The notes under the pieces are model-generated. The model saw only the letters and a program-made list of their open reading frames with translations. It was not told the DNA's origin and did no database searches. A stretch of 64,000 nucleotides of DNA from contig NC_045697.1 of assembly GCF_009834535.1 (NCBI RefSeq), positions 20,090,001 to 20,154,000 of the forward strand, written 5' to 3'. Source of the stretch: Camelus ferus (taxonomy: Eukaryota). A program made the translations under genes and the position numbers. Position 1 is the stretch's first letter; the number at the start of each line of letters is the position of its first letter. Of this stretch, positions 13,401 to 25,985 are shown piece by piece.

Positions 13401-13745
13401 ACATCTGTGTATAATTGTTGTCGTTTAAAAATGACAAACTCTTGGACTCCCAAGACAATACCGAAGATTTCAGAATTTTCCTGGTTGATTAAAGCCAATA
13501 TTATTGGCCCAGTCAAGAGTTCTTGAGCTGGGGAAACCTTAAACACACAAGGACCTAACTGATCCTCAAAATAAGACTTGATGCCACTTCTCCAGCTGGC
13601 CAATCCCTTCTCTGCATTTTCTACCTCTACTTTGCTAAGATAGTTTTAACTTTTCTTTCATTTCAAACAGAGAGAATTGACTGTAGGATGGCAATAACTT
13701 ACTAATTGCCTTATTTCCTAATTTGTGTTATTGGAAGTTTTACTG
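13249..13745. mobile_element. ~500-bp insertion in L1, possibly an ancient Tigger-type non-autonomous element
   Basis: Splits the L1 text 'ttgctaata|...ttttaggatgcatgcatctatattcatg'; begins TA|CAGT and ends 'gttattggaagttttACTG'. The left TIR is poorly preserved. Confidence 0.35.
13367..13395. repeat. (GT)n microsatellite
   Basis: Read directly. Confidence 0.95.
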
Positions 13746-14479
13746 AATTTTTTTAGGATGCATGCATCTATATTCATGGATCAAGTAAGCCTGTAATTAT
13801 CATTTCCCACACTCTTTCTAGTATTGGTCATCAAGGTTATATTAGCCCCATAGAATGAGATGCAAAGCATTCAGTCTTCCTGAAAAACATCAAATTGATG
13901 TGAGTCTTGAAAATTTGGTAGAAATATGCATTAAAGCCAGGGCTTGTTGTTTTCTTTGTAGAAAGATGTTAAAATATGACTTCAATATGTTTAATAAATC
14001 TAGCAATATTATTCAGGCTCTCAGTTTCATCCTGAGTCAGATTAGATGTTAGCAAGTACAATTTTTTAATAACTATTTTTGTCTTTTTGAATTCATTGCC
14101 ATAAACTGTTAATAGAACTTTTTCAATTATCCTTATAATGCCTGCTACACTGTAGTTATGATATCTTTTTCATTTATAATGTTACTGACTTGTGAATTCT
14201 TTTCGTGGTTGGTGTTTGTAGAGGTTTGTCCATTGTTTGGAAGTCTTGTGAAAAAAATCAACTTTTGCCTCGATTAATCCTCTCTGTGCTTTTAAATTTT
14301 ATATTTTATTGATTTCTTATTTTATTCTTTATTATTAGTCTTTACAATTTTTTTGTATTTATTTATTTTATGCCACCACCACCCTGCATTCTGTTCCACT
14401 GTACAGAAATTATCTTTGACTCCTCCTCATGCCCCAATCTGTAGGCGTATTTTTGCCTCAGAAATATCTCTCAGAAATA

Positions 14480-14780
14480 TTCTCTACTATCTGTCATTCC
14501 AAAGGAACTCTATAAATGCTGATTCTTCACACTGACATCTCCTTTCCCCATTCATTCTGTTAACTTCTCTTCGATCTCTAAAGTGTCTCCTGGCATCTAA
14601 ACCATTTCTTCATAGCATTTATCACAGTTGTAGTCTCTCATTCTTTTGTGAATTATTTGATCAATACTCTCTCACTGGACTTAAATCTTCAGGGGAACAG
14701 GAACCCAGTCTATCTTGCTCACCAGTATCATCCTAGGTCTTGGTAATCAATAATTATATTTTAAATGAATAAATAAATCA
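14480..14780 (+). mobile_element. L2 3' end
   Basis: 'catagcatttatcacag...cactggacttaaatcttcaggggaacaggaacccagtctatcttgctcaccagtatc...aatgaataaataaat'. Confidence 0.7.
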
Positions 14781-15372
14781 AAACATGGGCAAATGAACTT
14801 GGCTACTGGATAAAATTATAAAGACTCAGGTTTTGGATCTATAAAATACATTTTAATTCAGATAAGTAAAAAAATACTGCATTTTGGAAGTAGTTTAGCA
14901 GTCAGTTGGTAGAAATGTTGCAGAGAAGTTTCCAGAACCAAATAAGAATTACATAAGTTTGTTTCATGATTATTCCAATTTGAGTATACTAGATTAGCAT
15001 TTAGTGAAAAAACAATAATTCTAAAGGAAAATGAGATAGAAACATGTACGGATTTAGGAGTGGTTCAATTCACTCCATTCAGAGTATTTGATATGGCGTG
15101 CATTTTGTCATCCTGTTGATAAAGTAATTATACTCACTTTTATATGTTGAGTGAAGTGCATAATCCCTTTATGCAGCCAATTAATTAAAAGAGTTATTTC
15201 ATTTTCTTTCTGATTTAAGACTCTAATCATTAGGTAGATAACAAGTGATAAACTGTTGACATGATCTCTGTGGTTTTGTTTTTTCATTCAAAAAAAAAAC
15301 TTACTGTTAGAAACACCAAAAGTGATACAGGCAGAGAGCAAGACATACCCTACTAATGAAAACAGCAGAAGG

Positions 15373-15449
15373 TTTTTATTTTATTTTATTTTATTTTATT
15401 TTATTTTATTTTATTATTTTATTTTATTTTATTTTATTTTATTTTATTT
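15373..15449. repeat. (TTTTA)n pentanucleotide repeat
   Basis: About 15 units with one interruption. Confidence 0.95.
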
Positions 15450-16984
15450 CTGTTATTAGTATGAGATTTATGCTTAAATCATTCTTCAGATGGTTGAAAA
15501 ATGAAGTCAATAAAAGAGTTAAGGTAGAGTATATAATGACCAGTGGGAGTGATGAATAATGTTTAGAAAATCTCAAGATGATTGTTTTGATTTCATGTTT
15601 TAAGTCACAGCCACTGGGAAGTCTTTAAAATTCTCACAGGCATCATGATCAAGTGAAATAAACTCCTGTGCTTTAAAATGTTGTGAATGAAGTTGTTAGT
15701 CAGGTTGCTTCTCTAAGAAAAATCAATAAGCCCTTTTAATAATGTGGGTCAAGCTATTTCCACACTAGTGTTTGGGAAAAAAAAATGTGTTAACCTAAGG
15801 GAATATTTTTCCCTTTTTTTTTTTTTTTCTATTCTAAAAGCATTTGAAATAATATATAATGGCTCTTCAAAGATCAATAAGCACTCTCCTATCAAATGTC
15901 TGTCCCTTGAACTAGGGAAATTAAAACAGGCCAACAGAGCAATACAATTTATTTATGAAAAAAGAAAAGGCTATAGTTCATATAATCAGATTACATGCAA
16001 ATTGTGAGCCAGTTGGCTCACTGAATAACCAGTGACACTTTTTTAGCAGCAGACAATGTGACTTTATTTGGTGAACATAACCCAAGCTTTCTTTCTAAGG
16101 TAGAAATTACTTTCTTTTTCAACAGGAGGAATTATCATTGTATTTTGGTCTCTAAGTCATGGATGAATCATGGTATCTCTATAATTCCATTTAGTGAAAC
16201 CATTTACTTTCTTAAAGTCCATGCCACGATTGTAATTCCATGAAACTAATTCCATGGGCCACTGCCCTCATTGAAAATATGATCTAGAGAGCAGGAGACA
16301 TGTAAACAATTACAACAAGATTCTTTTTTGAAGGATGGAGAAGGACACTCAATAAAAGGTGAATGTTGTGAAGACAGAATTGGAAGCTGTATTGTGGGAT
16401 AGCTTCGTAAGTGATGCGCTGAATGAGAAAATTAAGATAAAGTACAAAGGTGTCTTTTACAGTTTGAGTCTAAATTGTATCTGAGTTTTTCTTTATTACC
16501 GTCATTAATACTCCCAGAAAAATTAGAGCTAAACACCAAAATATATATATTAAATGATGTGAAAGTTTGACTTCTTCACTAAAATGTAAACTCAATGAGA
16601 AAATAGATCAGGAAATTATATTTCCTTCCATAACCTCAGTCCTCACACACATTTTTGACAAATAAATATTGAAAAAAAGAATTAAGCTCAAGTATCTAAT
16701 ATTTAACAGAAAAATTACTGATTAAAAAGCTGTAATCAACACAAGTATATAATTGTGCTATTATAATTTTTGGTTCATTTATTTTCAAGTCACTCATATG
16801 TTTATTATTTTGTACATAATGTGTGACTCAGTAAATAAATCTATAAATTATAGGAATATATAGATTCCCTTTCATGAAAAAAAGACCAAAAAAGAAAACT
16901 CGTGGATGCAGTCTATTACAGTTGCTTCAGTGTCATCTCCTCTGATGTAATGGTGATAAAAAACAAATTCCATTATGATAAATC

Positions 16985-17230
16985 TAATAATAGTAGCTTA
17001 CATTTTTGGAGTATTGCTGTGAGTCTGGCATTGTTCTAAGAACCTTAGATCTATCATCTTAATTGAATAATCAAACAACTGTAGTAATTTGGTAATATCA
17101 TGATTCCCATGTTACAGATGAGAAAACTGAAATACAGATGACTTAATTAAATTACCAGTAGTCACTGGCTATTCCGTAACTGAACTAAGACTTGAACACA
17201 GAGTGGCAGATTCCAAAGTATTGCATTATT
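16985..17230 (-). mobile_element. MIR SINE
   Basis: Core 'attcccatgttacagatgagaaaactgaaatacaga' with a near-full antisense layout. Confidence 0.85.
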
Positions 17231-17284
17231 ATATCATATGATTTTTCTGATTAAAGTAATCATGATGATTATAATGATCATGAT

Positions 17285-17490
17285 GATAATAATGATAAGT
17301 AAATAACATTTATTGATCATTTATTTTTTGTAAGGCATCATGCAAAGTGCTATTTTTTGCATGCTTTGTCAAATTTAAAACTCACAAAGATCATAAAATA
17401 GTATGTTAATCTTATTATCGTTAACTTTACTAGTCAAGGAGCTAAAGTGTCGTGTGCTCACATTTGCACCTTTAGTAAGTGCCAAAACCC
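17285..17490 (-). mobile_element. Second, more degraded MIR
   Basis: 'aataacatttattgatcatttatt...aggcatcatgcaaagtgct...ctcacaaagatcataaaatagt'. Confidence 0.55.
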
Positions 17491-18595
17491 ATAAGTTTAC
17501 TTTGGCTTGAGTTCATGCTAACATAATTTTTAGTTAGTAAATATATGCTCCTGAGAAATTGAAATGATTCTTAAAACTGCACAAAAATACTGCACCTTAT
17601 CCTGAAGTCCAGTGCTAAACTAAATAAATCTATCTTGGTAAAGATACTGCTTGCTATGAATAGCAAAACATAACCGTTTTAAAAAGGAATGCAGATAACA
17701 CATTATGAGGTTGAGAATTCCACATTCCAGTTCCTTCCAATGTCTCATACTTTAACACACCACCTACATGCATACACACACATAGGCTGGTGAGTGCGTG
17801 TCTGAATTAGTAACATGTATGTGAAACACAGTTTAGTTTTCTATTCATTCCTACTAAAAGCAACAGTTCACTTACTCATATTTGTATATTTTCATTTAAG
17901 TTTTGATGGAGGGAGAAAAGCTCAATGTATAAAGTAGATTTTTAAAATGAAGGGACAGGACATAAAACCAAAGAACTTTGTGATTATGAAGATCTTTAAA
18001 AGTTTTCCCATTTTAACATCTCTGATATTTCATTCTACATCTCCTTCAGTTTTTCACAAGTCAGTCTATTCTCTTTTCAGAAGGTTTTGTAATTGTTATA
18101 GCTGCCTTCCCTATCATGCATTTAAGTCTTGATTCCTTAGCCTGCAGCCTTTGATATAATTCTTCCTCTTGGGATAATATAGAATAAGATTATTCCCCTT
18201 TATGTAAGTATCATCTTAAAACTAAATTTTCCTTCTTGAACTAAACACTCCCAGTTTTTTAGCCATGGCATTGAGCTCTCACTTTTACTTCTCCTTAATT
18301 CTATGACTTTCCTCTTCTGGCCCCAGTGTGTAAATTCTACACTGTGGTCACACCTTTGGTGACTAATATGCTTAACAGTGAATAATACTTCAAGCATGGC
18401 GCAGCTGAGCAGCAAGACATACCAAAGAGGGAGGAGCAGACGTTAGATCCCCTGAATTATTCCATAAAACTACAATTCCCAGAGGGACCTTGTAGAAATG
18501 TCCACAGTTCATTACAGTTGCTCCATTATATGAGTATCTCTTTTTCGCCTTTAATCGAGGATGGCTGACTTGCCCCGACTGTGAAGGCAACATCA

Positions 18596-19497
18596 TGTGA
18601 GTTCGAAACTTGGGTCTCAGTAGTCTTTATGTGCTTTCATTCTTGCTCTTTGAATACTTGTCTAGAGCTCAGCTGAGCTGCAGAGAACTGAACTGAGCTG
18701 CCAGAAGTGGGACTAACCAATTAAGACAATAAGCCAAAACGAGAGGACAGTCAAGGGTTTCGTCACTTCCTGAAATAATACGAGGAAGAGGCTAAACTCG
18801 AGAAAACTCCGACTGTTCTAGTTTCCCTAAAGGTCAAGGGCCAAGTGGATCAGCACAGATGTCAGAGATCATCTCAGCCCTGGAGCTCCAAACAAAACAT
18901 TCTGGCAGTTTTATGGACCTGGGGCTGAAGGAAGGGAGAGGGGAGAAAGGATGAAAGTGTTAAGTACCGAGTCAAAGTGGAAAAAGTGTCTTCAAAGTGG
19001 TCCTTTCCTGTCTCCATCTAAATAGAGGTCTCAACAGAGACCTCTGCTGATGGCTCTGGATAAAGAGGCCTCTGAATGGAGGCACCAGGGCTAGAAATGC
19101 AGATACATTCAGGAGCAAGGTGGGACCTGTGCCCTTGAAGGCAGTTCCTTTCAGAGGTTGCAATGCAGTGACTGCACACCAAGTCCGACCTGGGGACGGA
19201 AGCTTCTCCCCGGGCCTGTTAGGAGATGCCTGTGTAATTGCCTATGATTGGGCCTGAAAAATCACACATAGAGTTTTGGCAGAAGCTGGATTCCTCAGCC
19301 CTTGCCACTGGTGGCATGTAAGACAGTCTAAGATAGCCTTGCAAAGGATAAGGGACTGACCATGTTGAGCATACTGGCAGGAGACTAAACCAGTACCTGA
19401 GTGAGTGCAGCTGAAATCAGTGGAGCCTGACCCAGATCAACAGAACATTCTAGCTAAACACAGTCCAATTTATCGACTTAAAGAAGGGTAATTTACA
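18596..19497 (+). mobile_element. Probable ancient ERV LTR (LTR78-like, tentative)
   Basis: ~900-bp GC-richer block starting 'tgtgag...ggtctcagtagtctttatgtgctttcattcttgct' and ending 'gggtaatttaca'; family from loose recall. Confidence 0.35.
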
Positions 19498-20339
19498 GAA
19501 GCATTTGTAGTTTTAACCCATTTGGTTTGGGTTTGCTTTGCTTTGTTACACACACATACACAAAAGTTAACTGACACTGACATTTACCTAAAATCTTGAA
19601 ATATAATCCACTAATATGTCTAAAACCACCTAATCATACTGTTATCCTATTTTCTTGGTTTTATATCTCCAAAGCTATTTCAAAATCAGTGCTCCATGTC
19701 TGTCGTGTACTTTTTTCTTGGACTTCTATGGTTATTACTTTCTTCAACATCACTTTAGATACCTTCTTAATTTTGCTGTTTACTTCTTATATTTAACTTC
19801 TGCAACTTCTTCCACCATGTTTTTGTCTCCATGTCCCAGGGAAAGAGATAAGCTAAATAGTAAAACATTCTACAGTATCTGTTTCCATTTTACAGCATAC
19901 TGGTCCAAATTTTCATAAATATGTAAATATTTTACACACTTGCATATCAAGGAATTTCAAGGATCAAATGGTAGCAAAAATATCAAGTCTTCTAAAAAAA
20001 ATAAAGTTCTCTTTCTTAGAATGAGAAAACTGAGGTCTAAAAAAGAAAAATGAGAAATCTTCAAAAATAGCAAATGGCAAAACTGTGACTTAAACTTTGA
20101 CCCTCTGAACATGATAATATCAGCACTCTTTCAGAACTTGCGATTGTGATGGCAGTACATTTTTGACGATGTTATCAAGTGGCCCTATACTCTATCATGG
20201 TTTGAGATAGCCATGATAGAAATGAGAAGGAATTCAGTAGAGATGAAAAGATCATACATGCCTCTATTGATTACCCATTGTTACAAATTCACTTACTAGT
20301 GGTGAAAATTTGGAGGTGTGTCTAGATTAGTAATAGCTA

Positions 20340-20540
20340 TAGATTGTCTGGGCTTAATCCTTGTTTTAATACTCATTTTGAATATAATAATCTTCCTTCA
20401 CTTTATTTATCTCCCTTCACTTTAGTTATTTTAATTTGTAAAGTGGAAGTGATACTAGTACCTGTTTATAGGGTTGTTGTGATGATGAAATGAGATGATA
20501 TATTTAGAGAGACGATGCTACAAGAAGTACTCAATTCATC
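20340..20540 (+). mobile_element. MIR SINE
   Basis: 'atttgtaaagtggaagtgatactagtacctgtttatagggttgttgtgatgatgaaatgagatgatatattt'. Confidence 0.75.
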
Positions 20541-20661
20541 CATCCTACTTCTGCTTTCACTATCCTGACTGGCTGTGAGGTGCCTGAGCACAAGGACTCC
20601 CCTTTGTTCAATTTTAAATCCCCGGGATCCTGTCAAATGTCACATGCACCTTATATCTTTG

Positions 20662-20770
20662 TGGAAGGAAGTAAACAAAGGAAAGAGGGAAAGGAAGAAG
20701 GAAGGAGAGGTGGAAAATAAGGAGGGAAGGGAAGGATGGAACTGAAGGAGAAGGGGAGGGAAAAAAAGAA
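20662..20770. repeat. GA-rich polypurine low-complexity tract following an L2 3' end
   Basis: ggaaggaag...gaaagagggaaaggaagaaggaaggagagg, read directly. Confidence 0.8.
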
Positions 20771-21189
20771 TTGTGTGTCCAGAGTGATTTTATGAGAAAT
20801 ATCAGCATGTTTCTTCAAGTGCTTAATGCCAGAGTTAGTAAAAATTGTAAACCATTGATGCAGTAATTGACAATAAAGAGAAAGAACTCTGTATATCAGT
20901 AGACACCCATAATTGCTGTTAAATAATAATTTGGCATTATCAATGGGAGTAAGGAAGAGTAGATAGCATCCTCCTAGCTCTTTGGTTTGGGACTAGGACT
21001 TAAAGCAGGACAGATTGGAGTGATTCACAAGAGAAGTGGGTAAGTCAGGGGAAAATACGTCCTTCATTCCTCCCAACATTCTTACTTCACTAGCTCAGTT
21101 TACATCTCATGCCCAGTCATTGTAATTCCTTTTGCCTGCACAACAACTGTTCTCAGTTTTGACAGAGATTACTTTGCTAATTCTTTAAG

Positions 21190-21730
21190 AGAATCCAGTT
21201 TTGCTTGGAGACTAGTTTTTTTTCTATTTATTAATTTATCCTATTTATTATTATTTTCTTTCTCTTTCTTTCAAAATAACTTGCTATTCTTTTAGTAATT
21301 TTTTGCAATGGATGATTAATGATTTTCAGTCTTCCTTCTCTTTAAATATGTGTATTTAAAGGTAAATGTTTTTTCTCTTCATTACCTTAATGCCTTTCCA
21401 TGATTATAATACATTTTTATTCTCTTTCAGCTCAAAATACTTCCTAATTTCAATTATGACTATGCCTCCAAAATATAATCATTTGACTCATGGATTATTT
21501 GGGACCGCATTACTTACTTTCCAAACATTTATCAAAGAATTTTCAAATTATATACTTATTCTCAATTTTTTTGTTAAATTTTCTGGTGTTAGAGATTATA
21601 GTCTAATGGTTTCAGTTTTTTGGAAAATGTTTGAAACATGCTTATGAGTCAGCATATGTGGATCTTTAAAATATGCTATATGCATTTTAAAACAGTATAT
21701 TTTGGTAGTTATTAGGTATAGTCATTTAAT
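21190..21730 (-). mobile_element. Old L1M ORF2 endonuclease-region fragment
   Basis: 'ttcagctcaaaatacttcctaatttc...ttgactcatggattatttggg...ttttggaaaatgtttgaaacatgcttatg'. Confidence 0.7.
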
Positions 21731-21749
21731 AAAAATCCTCCTGCCAATC

Positions 21750-21865
21750 TAATAAGAAAGGTACTACTGCAGTAATCCTGTTATTCACATCTTACAGGAG
21801 AGAAAAATGAAACAGAAAGGTTAAATATTTTGCCCAAATTCACATACCTTGTAAGCAGAGAAGCT
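21750..21865 (-). mobile_element. MIR fragment
   Basis: 'cacatcttacaggagagaaaaatgaaacagaaaggttaaatattttgcccaaattcaca'. Confidence 0.7.
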
Positions 21866-21929
21866 CCCGGAGAACGAGGTGCACAGTATGTCTCCTTAAA
21901 TTTATTTGTTATATAATAGTAATACAAAT

Positions 21930-22300
21930 ACTGCACTGAAGGATGAAGGACATGAAAACCTTAAGGTTAGGTTATATGAAAACTTACAGGTGAAATAATA
22001 TGTAATCATGTGGAAAAAGAATTGTATTTGTCCTCCTGCGTGACGCCAAGGGGTACATTAGGAGTAAAGAGGGAGGTTGCAAAGAAATAAAAGGAAATTA
22101 CACTGAAATGAACTTCTAACATACAGAGCTCTCCAGAGAAAATAGACTTCTTTAAGAATCATAAGACTCTCCTAACCTAAGGCTTTCAAATGAGCTGAAG
22201 GACCTCTAAGTACAGTAAAGAGATGAGAGTAATGGGGCTTATATGCCACATACATTTTAGCCACTATCAATAATATCTCCCGTAGTCAGAAGATTCTATG
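21930..22300 (+). mobile_element. L3/CR1 LINE 3' fragment
   Basis: 'tcatgtggaaaaagaattgtatttgtcctcctg...gaacttctaacatacagagctctccagagaaaataga' resembles the L3 3' region. Confidence 0.55.
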
Positions 22301-23611
22301 ACTATGAATGCTAGCACTATGAATTAGCTAACATTTCGTATTCTTACTGATCCCTTATATTGCCCTTGAAATATTAGTTTTCCTGGAGAAAAAACACTTA
22401 AGTTGGTAGCATTATGGTAGATCATCAAACACTGCATTTTTGTCAGCTGTTAAGTGTAAGAAATATTGTGTTTATGTGTTCTGCCTTTTAGTCAATAATG
22501 AAAGCCATAAAAATGATTAAATCTTAGGAAAAGTAGAGTCCCTGAAGAAAGATGAAAACAACATATATCTAAAAACGAGCGAGCTGAGGAGAAGCATTAA
22601 ATATTAAAAAATAAAACAAAAACTCATAAAGAAATACTACAATAATGCCTTATTCTGCCTATCCATTCCTTCCCTTGGCCATAGGTAATTCAGGTTGTAA
22701 CTAGATTTAGAAATAAGGATCCAGTGTCTAAAAAGGTTGGCAAATATCTGAAAAGGGACAAATGCAAAGTGATTTTCATGTGCCCCAATAGCTGATACTA
22801 AGAGAAGATTAAGAATTTACATGAAAACCAAACTAACAAGCCTTGCAGTAATGAGAGAATTGTCTATTAACGCCTCACAGGTAGTTATTAACTCTGTTTA
22901 TGACTCTATTAACTTCCAAGCATTCTGTCTCCAAAGAGGACAGGAGAAACTTCTTCTGTGTGTTTATGTTTGGGGGGAGGTGGGCAAGAGAGCTGTGGTA
23001 ACTGAGACTCAGAAGGGTGTTAAAATCCACCCAGACTTGAGACATCATGGAGGTACAGGGTTCATCCATGTATCCTCCGCTATTCACCCTGCTCTGTCTC
23101 CTAAGATCTGACCAATAACACTAGCACGATTGATCAGGAGGTACTTGGGATCACTGACACTGTCGTCAGTATCATGGCCAGCCACAGGGTCCATCGTCTC
23201 ACAGAGGTGCAGGTGATTGCCAAACAGAAATACCAGACTGCAGGCAAAAACATGGCCTCATATGGATAGCTCAGATGGCCCTCTGGCTAGCTAGCTGTGA
23301 AGCCTGACCTAGCCATTTTACTAAGCTGAGATTTTTTTTTACTCCCTTATCTTTTGTAATTGAAAATTTGAAGACTGTTTGTCGCATTGAGTTAGAGTTG
23401 TCCTATACTGAAACTGGATTTCTGAAACAAATGTCAAAAGCATGATCTTGCAGGTCTTAGTGGTCTTCCCCTTCTTAAAAAATACAGTCTTAAAATTTGC
23501 TACCCAGACACCAGGAGAAAGAGGGCAATAAATGAACATGAAAAATGATATTATAAAGATAAAGGTAAAATACTTATACTTTTAATCTTTTCACTTATCA
23601 TATTAATATTT

Positions 23612-23655
23612 TTTATTTCTGGGGCAAAGAGGTTTATTTCTGGGGCAAAGAGGTT
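23612..23655. repeat. Perfect 21-bp tandem duplication (tttatttctggggcaaagagg x2)
   Basis: Read directly. Confidence 0.95.
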
Positions 23656-23804
23656 ACTTGATGGCTTTTCTTGTGAGGGGTTTAAAAAAGCTGCATAATG
23701 ATTTTGAATTAATATTTATATAAGAGTGTGCCTGTATGACAGCAAAGTATTGCAACCTCGCACTACATTCTTCTCACTATATTATTGTGAGTACTCTTTT
23801 TGTA

Positions 23805-24130
23805 AAGAGCACCCTATACTATGGAGGACATTGACAAACTTAAGAATCTCAAGCAGGTTGATCAGTAAAGAAAGGACCTAAGAAAGCGTTAGAGTTAGGG
23901 TTAGTTAGGGCTTATAATGAAATGCGGTGGAGGAATTTAGGAGAATTTAGCCTGGACACATTCTAAGCGATTTCTAATCACTGAAGTTCCGTTGTCCAGA
24001 AGAATCAGTGCTGCACTGATTGAGATTGGAAAAGCCATGATCAGTAGTAAATATTCCAGTGAACCAGGTTTTAGTTCAAAATATGGAAGAACTGAATATT
24101 AGAACTCAGTGAAAATGCAAATCACCTGGA
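23805..24130 (+). mobile_element. L3/CR1 LINE fragment
   Basis: 'ggaggacattgacaaactta' (~DIDKL) and 'ggtggaggaatttaggagaatttagcctgga' (~LKELGMFSL) match the CR1 ORF2 C-terminus. Confidence 0.55.
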
Positions 24131-25599
24131 GCTGAAGTCTAATGTCAACTTGTTAGGTGCAGTTATACTGCTGTGAAGTTGTGAGTTGAACCAGTTTTCC
24201 CACTATAACTCCATGTTTGTGCTATTTTCTGAGGGATGTTTCATAATGGGACCAGAATTAAAGTAGCTAAATCTACTCAAAGTAAATCACTTTCCCTGAA
24301 GTCAATACAAAAGTTTGGTTTTTTTTTTCAATTATTGATAGCTGTGTTTAAAAAAAAAAAGCACTACATGAAGTCACAAAACATATTTTATTTCTACAAA
24401 GTGGGGAAGTAAAATCTGATTCTTTCTAAGCCTCATAGAGCTGTAGAAGTTTATAAAATGCTGTTAATTAAGGTAACAGTGTTAGCATTGGCTCTGTCCT
24501 TACCATGCAGAAAACTTCATGAGGGCAAAAATCACAGTTCTTGTGTGGAAAAGAAAAAAAAAGCTCAACTTGTTGAAATGGTGTTTGAACTATAGAGTTA
24601 AGTTTGAATTTTGAAGGCCCTGAATTACCAAGTAGAAATTAGAACATATTTATGCAGATAAAGAGATCTTAGAAAGGTTAATTAATATCATGGTTGGTTA
24701 TTCATCAGATAATTACGAGCTGCCCAGAATGGCTCACTTGCTGCCACCGTGTCTGGGGAAAATAATTCTTCAGTGAGTGATCAGAACAATGAGAGAATCA
24801 AAGGAAATTGGTCAAACTGCAACTTCATCACAATCCTACAGATTATATTTAGAAAAATCAATTAAATTACTTTTAACTTCCTTCTTACTTTGGAAAATGC
24901 ACATAGTAATAGTACCTGCCTGCAATGAATTTTTGTAAATACTGAATGAGATAATTCAAATAAACACATAGTGTAAATCAATTATATTTCAATTAAAAGC
25001 AAAACAAAAGATAACAAAAAAGCAGACACATGGTGCTTATTCATTATTATTAATGCAACTACTCTAAACTATTAGATATTTATAAAATAAATCAGTCCTG
25101 ACTTAACAGAGTGTTCTTAAGGTCTCATTTAAATGTCTATTATATCTATCAATTTTCAAATAACTCCAATTATAAGAAGAGAACATGGATAAAAATTTGG
25201 TGCCTGGAATGGACAAGAGTAATCTTTAAGTTTACATATTACAGGATTTTTTCTCTCTCTCTTTTTTTTTGTTTGAACCCACAAGAAACTGAGCTACAGT
25301 AATCACTTTAAAATGTTTATTAAATGAACTTTGAATAAATGGATTCACTTTTCTTTGCAGCTGTGCTTTAAATAAATAAAATATAGGCTGATTGGGCAAA
25401 TAACCTAAGAAAAAGCAAACTAAATTATGTATTTTAAGTCAAATAACTCATTTTAGTTTTCACATAGCTCCACTTTAAACTTTTTGACCGTACAATTTTC
25501 AGCATCATTTTATAGTACAATCAGTGTTCTTTGACAATTGAAGGGATATTGTGGTTTATTTTGTTCTGTTTTGCTGTTGTTTTTATTGTGAGATACTCT

Positions 25600-25985
25600 T
25601 TCATCAATCTTTGCTTAGGTAACACTGCCAGAATCTCAGTGGCTTACAACACACGTTCATCTCTCATCTTTAGACCTGCCGACGAGCAGCAGATGCTCCA
25701 GACACAGGCTTGCTTCAGGTCTGTTCACACATCTTCATTTATCCACCTAGGCAGAAAAGGCAGCTACTGCACGCAGTGTGCTTTTCCTCCTGTGGATGAG
25801 AGTGGCCAAGAGGCTCAGTAATACTGAGCAGGAGTCCAGGCGATATATGTCATACCCACTCACATTTCACTTGCTCAGAGCAAGTCACAAGGCCAAGTAC
25901 AACATCCATGTGATGGGAAAGTATATTTCCCAATGGAGATCAGGGAGCTGGTGAATTTTTACTTTCCAGTAATACCATCAATCAG
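25600..25985 (-). mobile_element. MaLR LTR, MLT1I/J-like
   Basis: 'aatctcagtggcttacaacac', 'ttcaggtctgttcacacatct' and 'cactcacatttcacttgctcagagcaagtcacaaggccaagtacaacatcca'. Confidence 0.75.

Larger units (their letters stand above)
11950..14350 (-). mobile_element. Old L1M ORF2 fragment with nested insertions
   Basis: 'catatgtgtgggtttatttctggtctcttttctgttccatt', 'ctaaatttattcccaaata', 'gcctccagtgcagaactgaataaaagag', 'ttttctgtatctattgagatg' and 'attagccccatagaatgag' are collinear with antisense L1 ORF2. Confidence 0.85.

Noticed and set aside
22900..23330. GC-richer block as an LTR or exon
   Set aside because: No termini, TSD, splice-site pair or family similarity that I could support.
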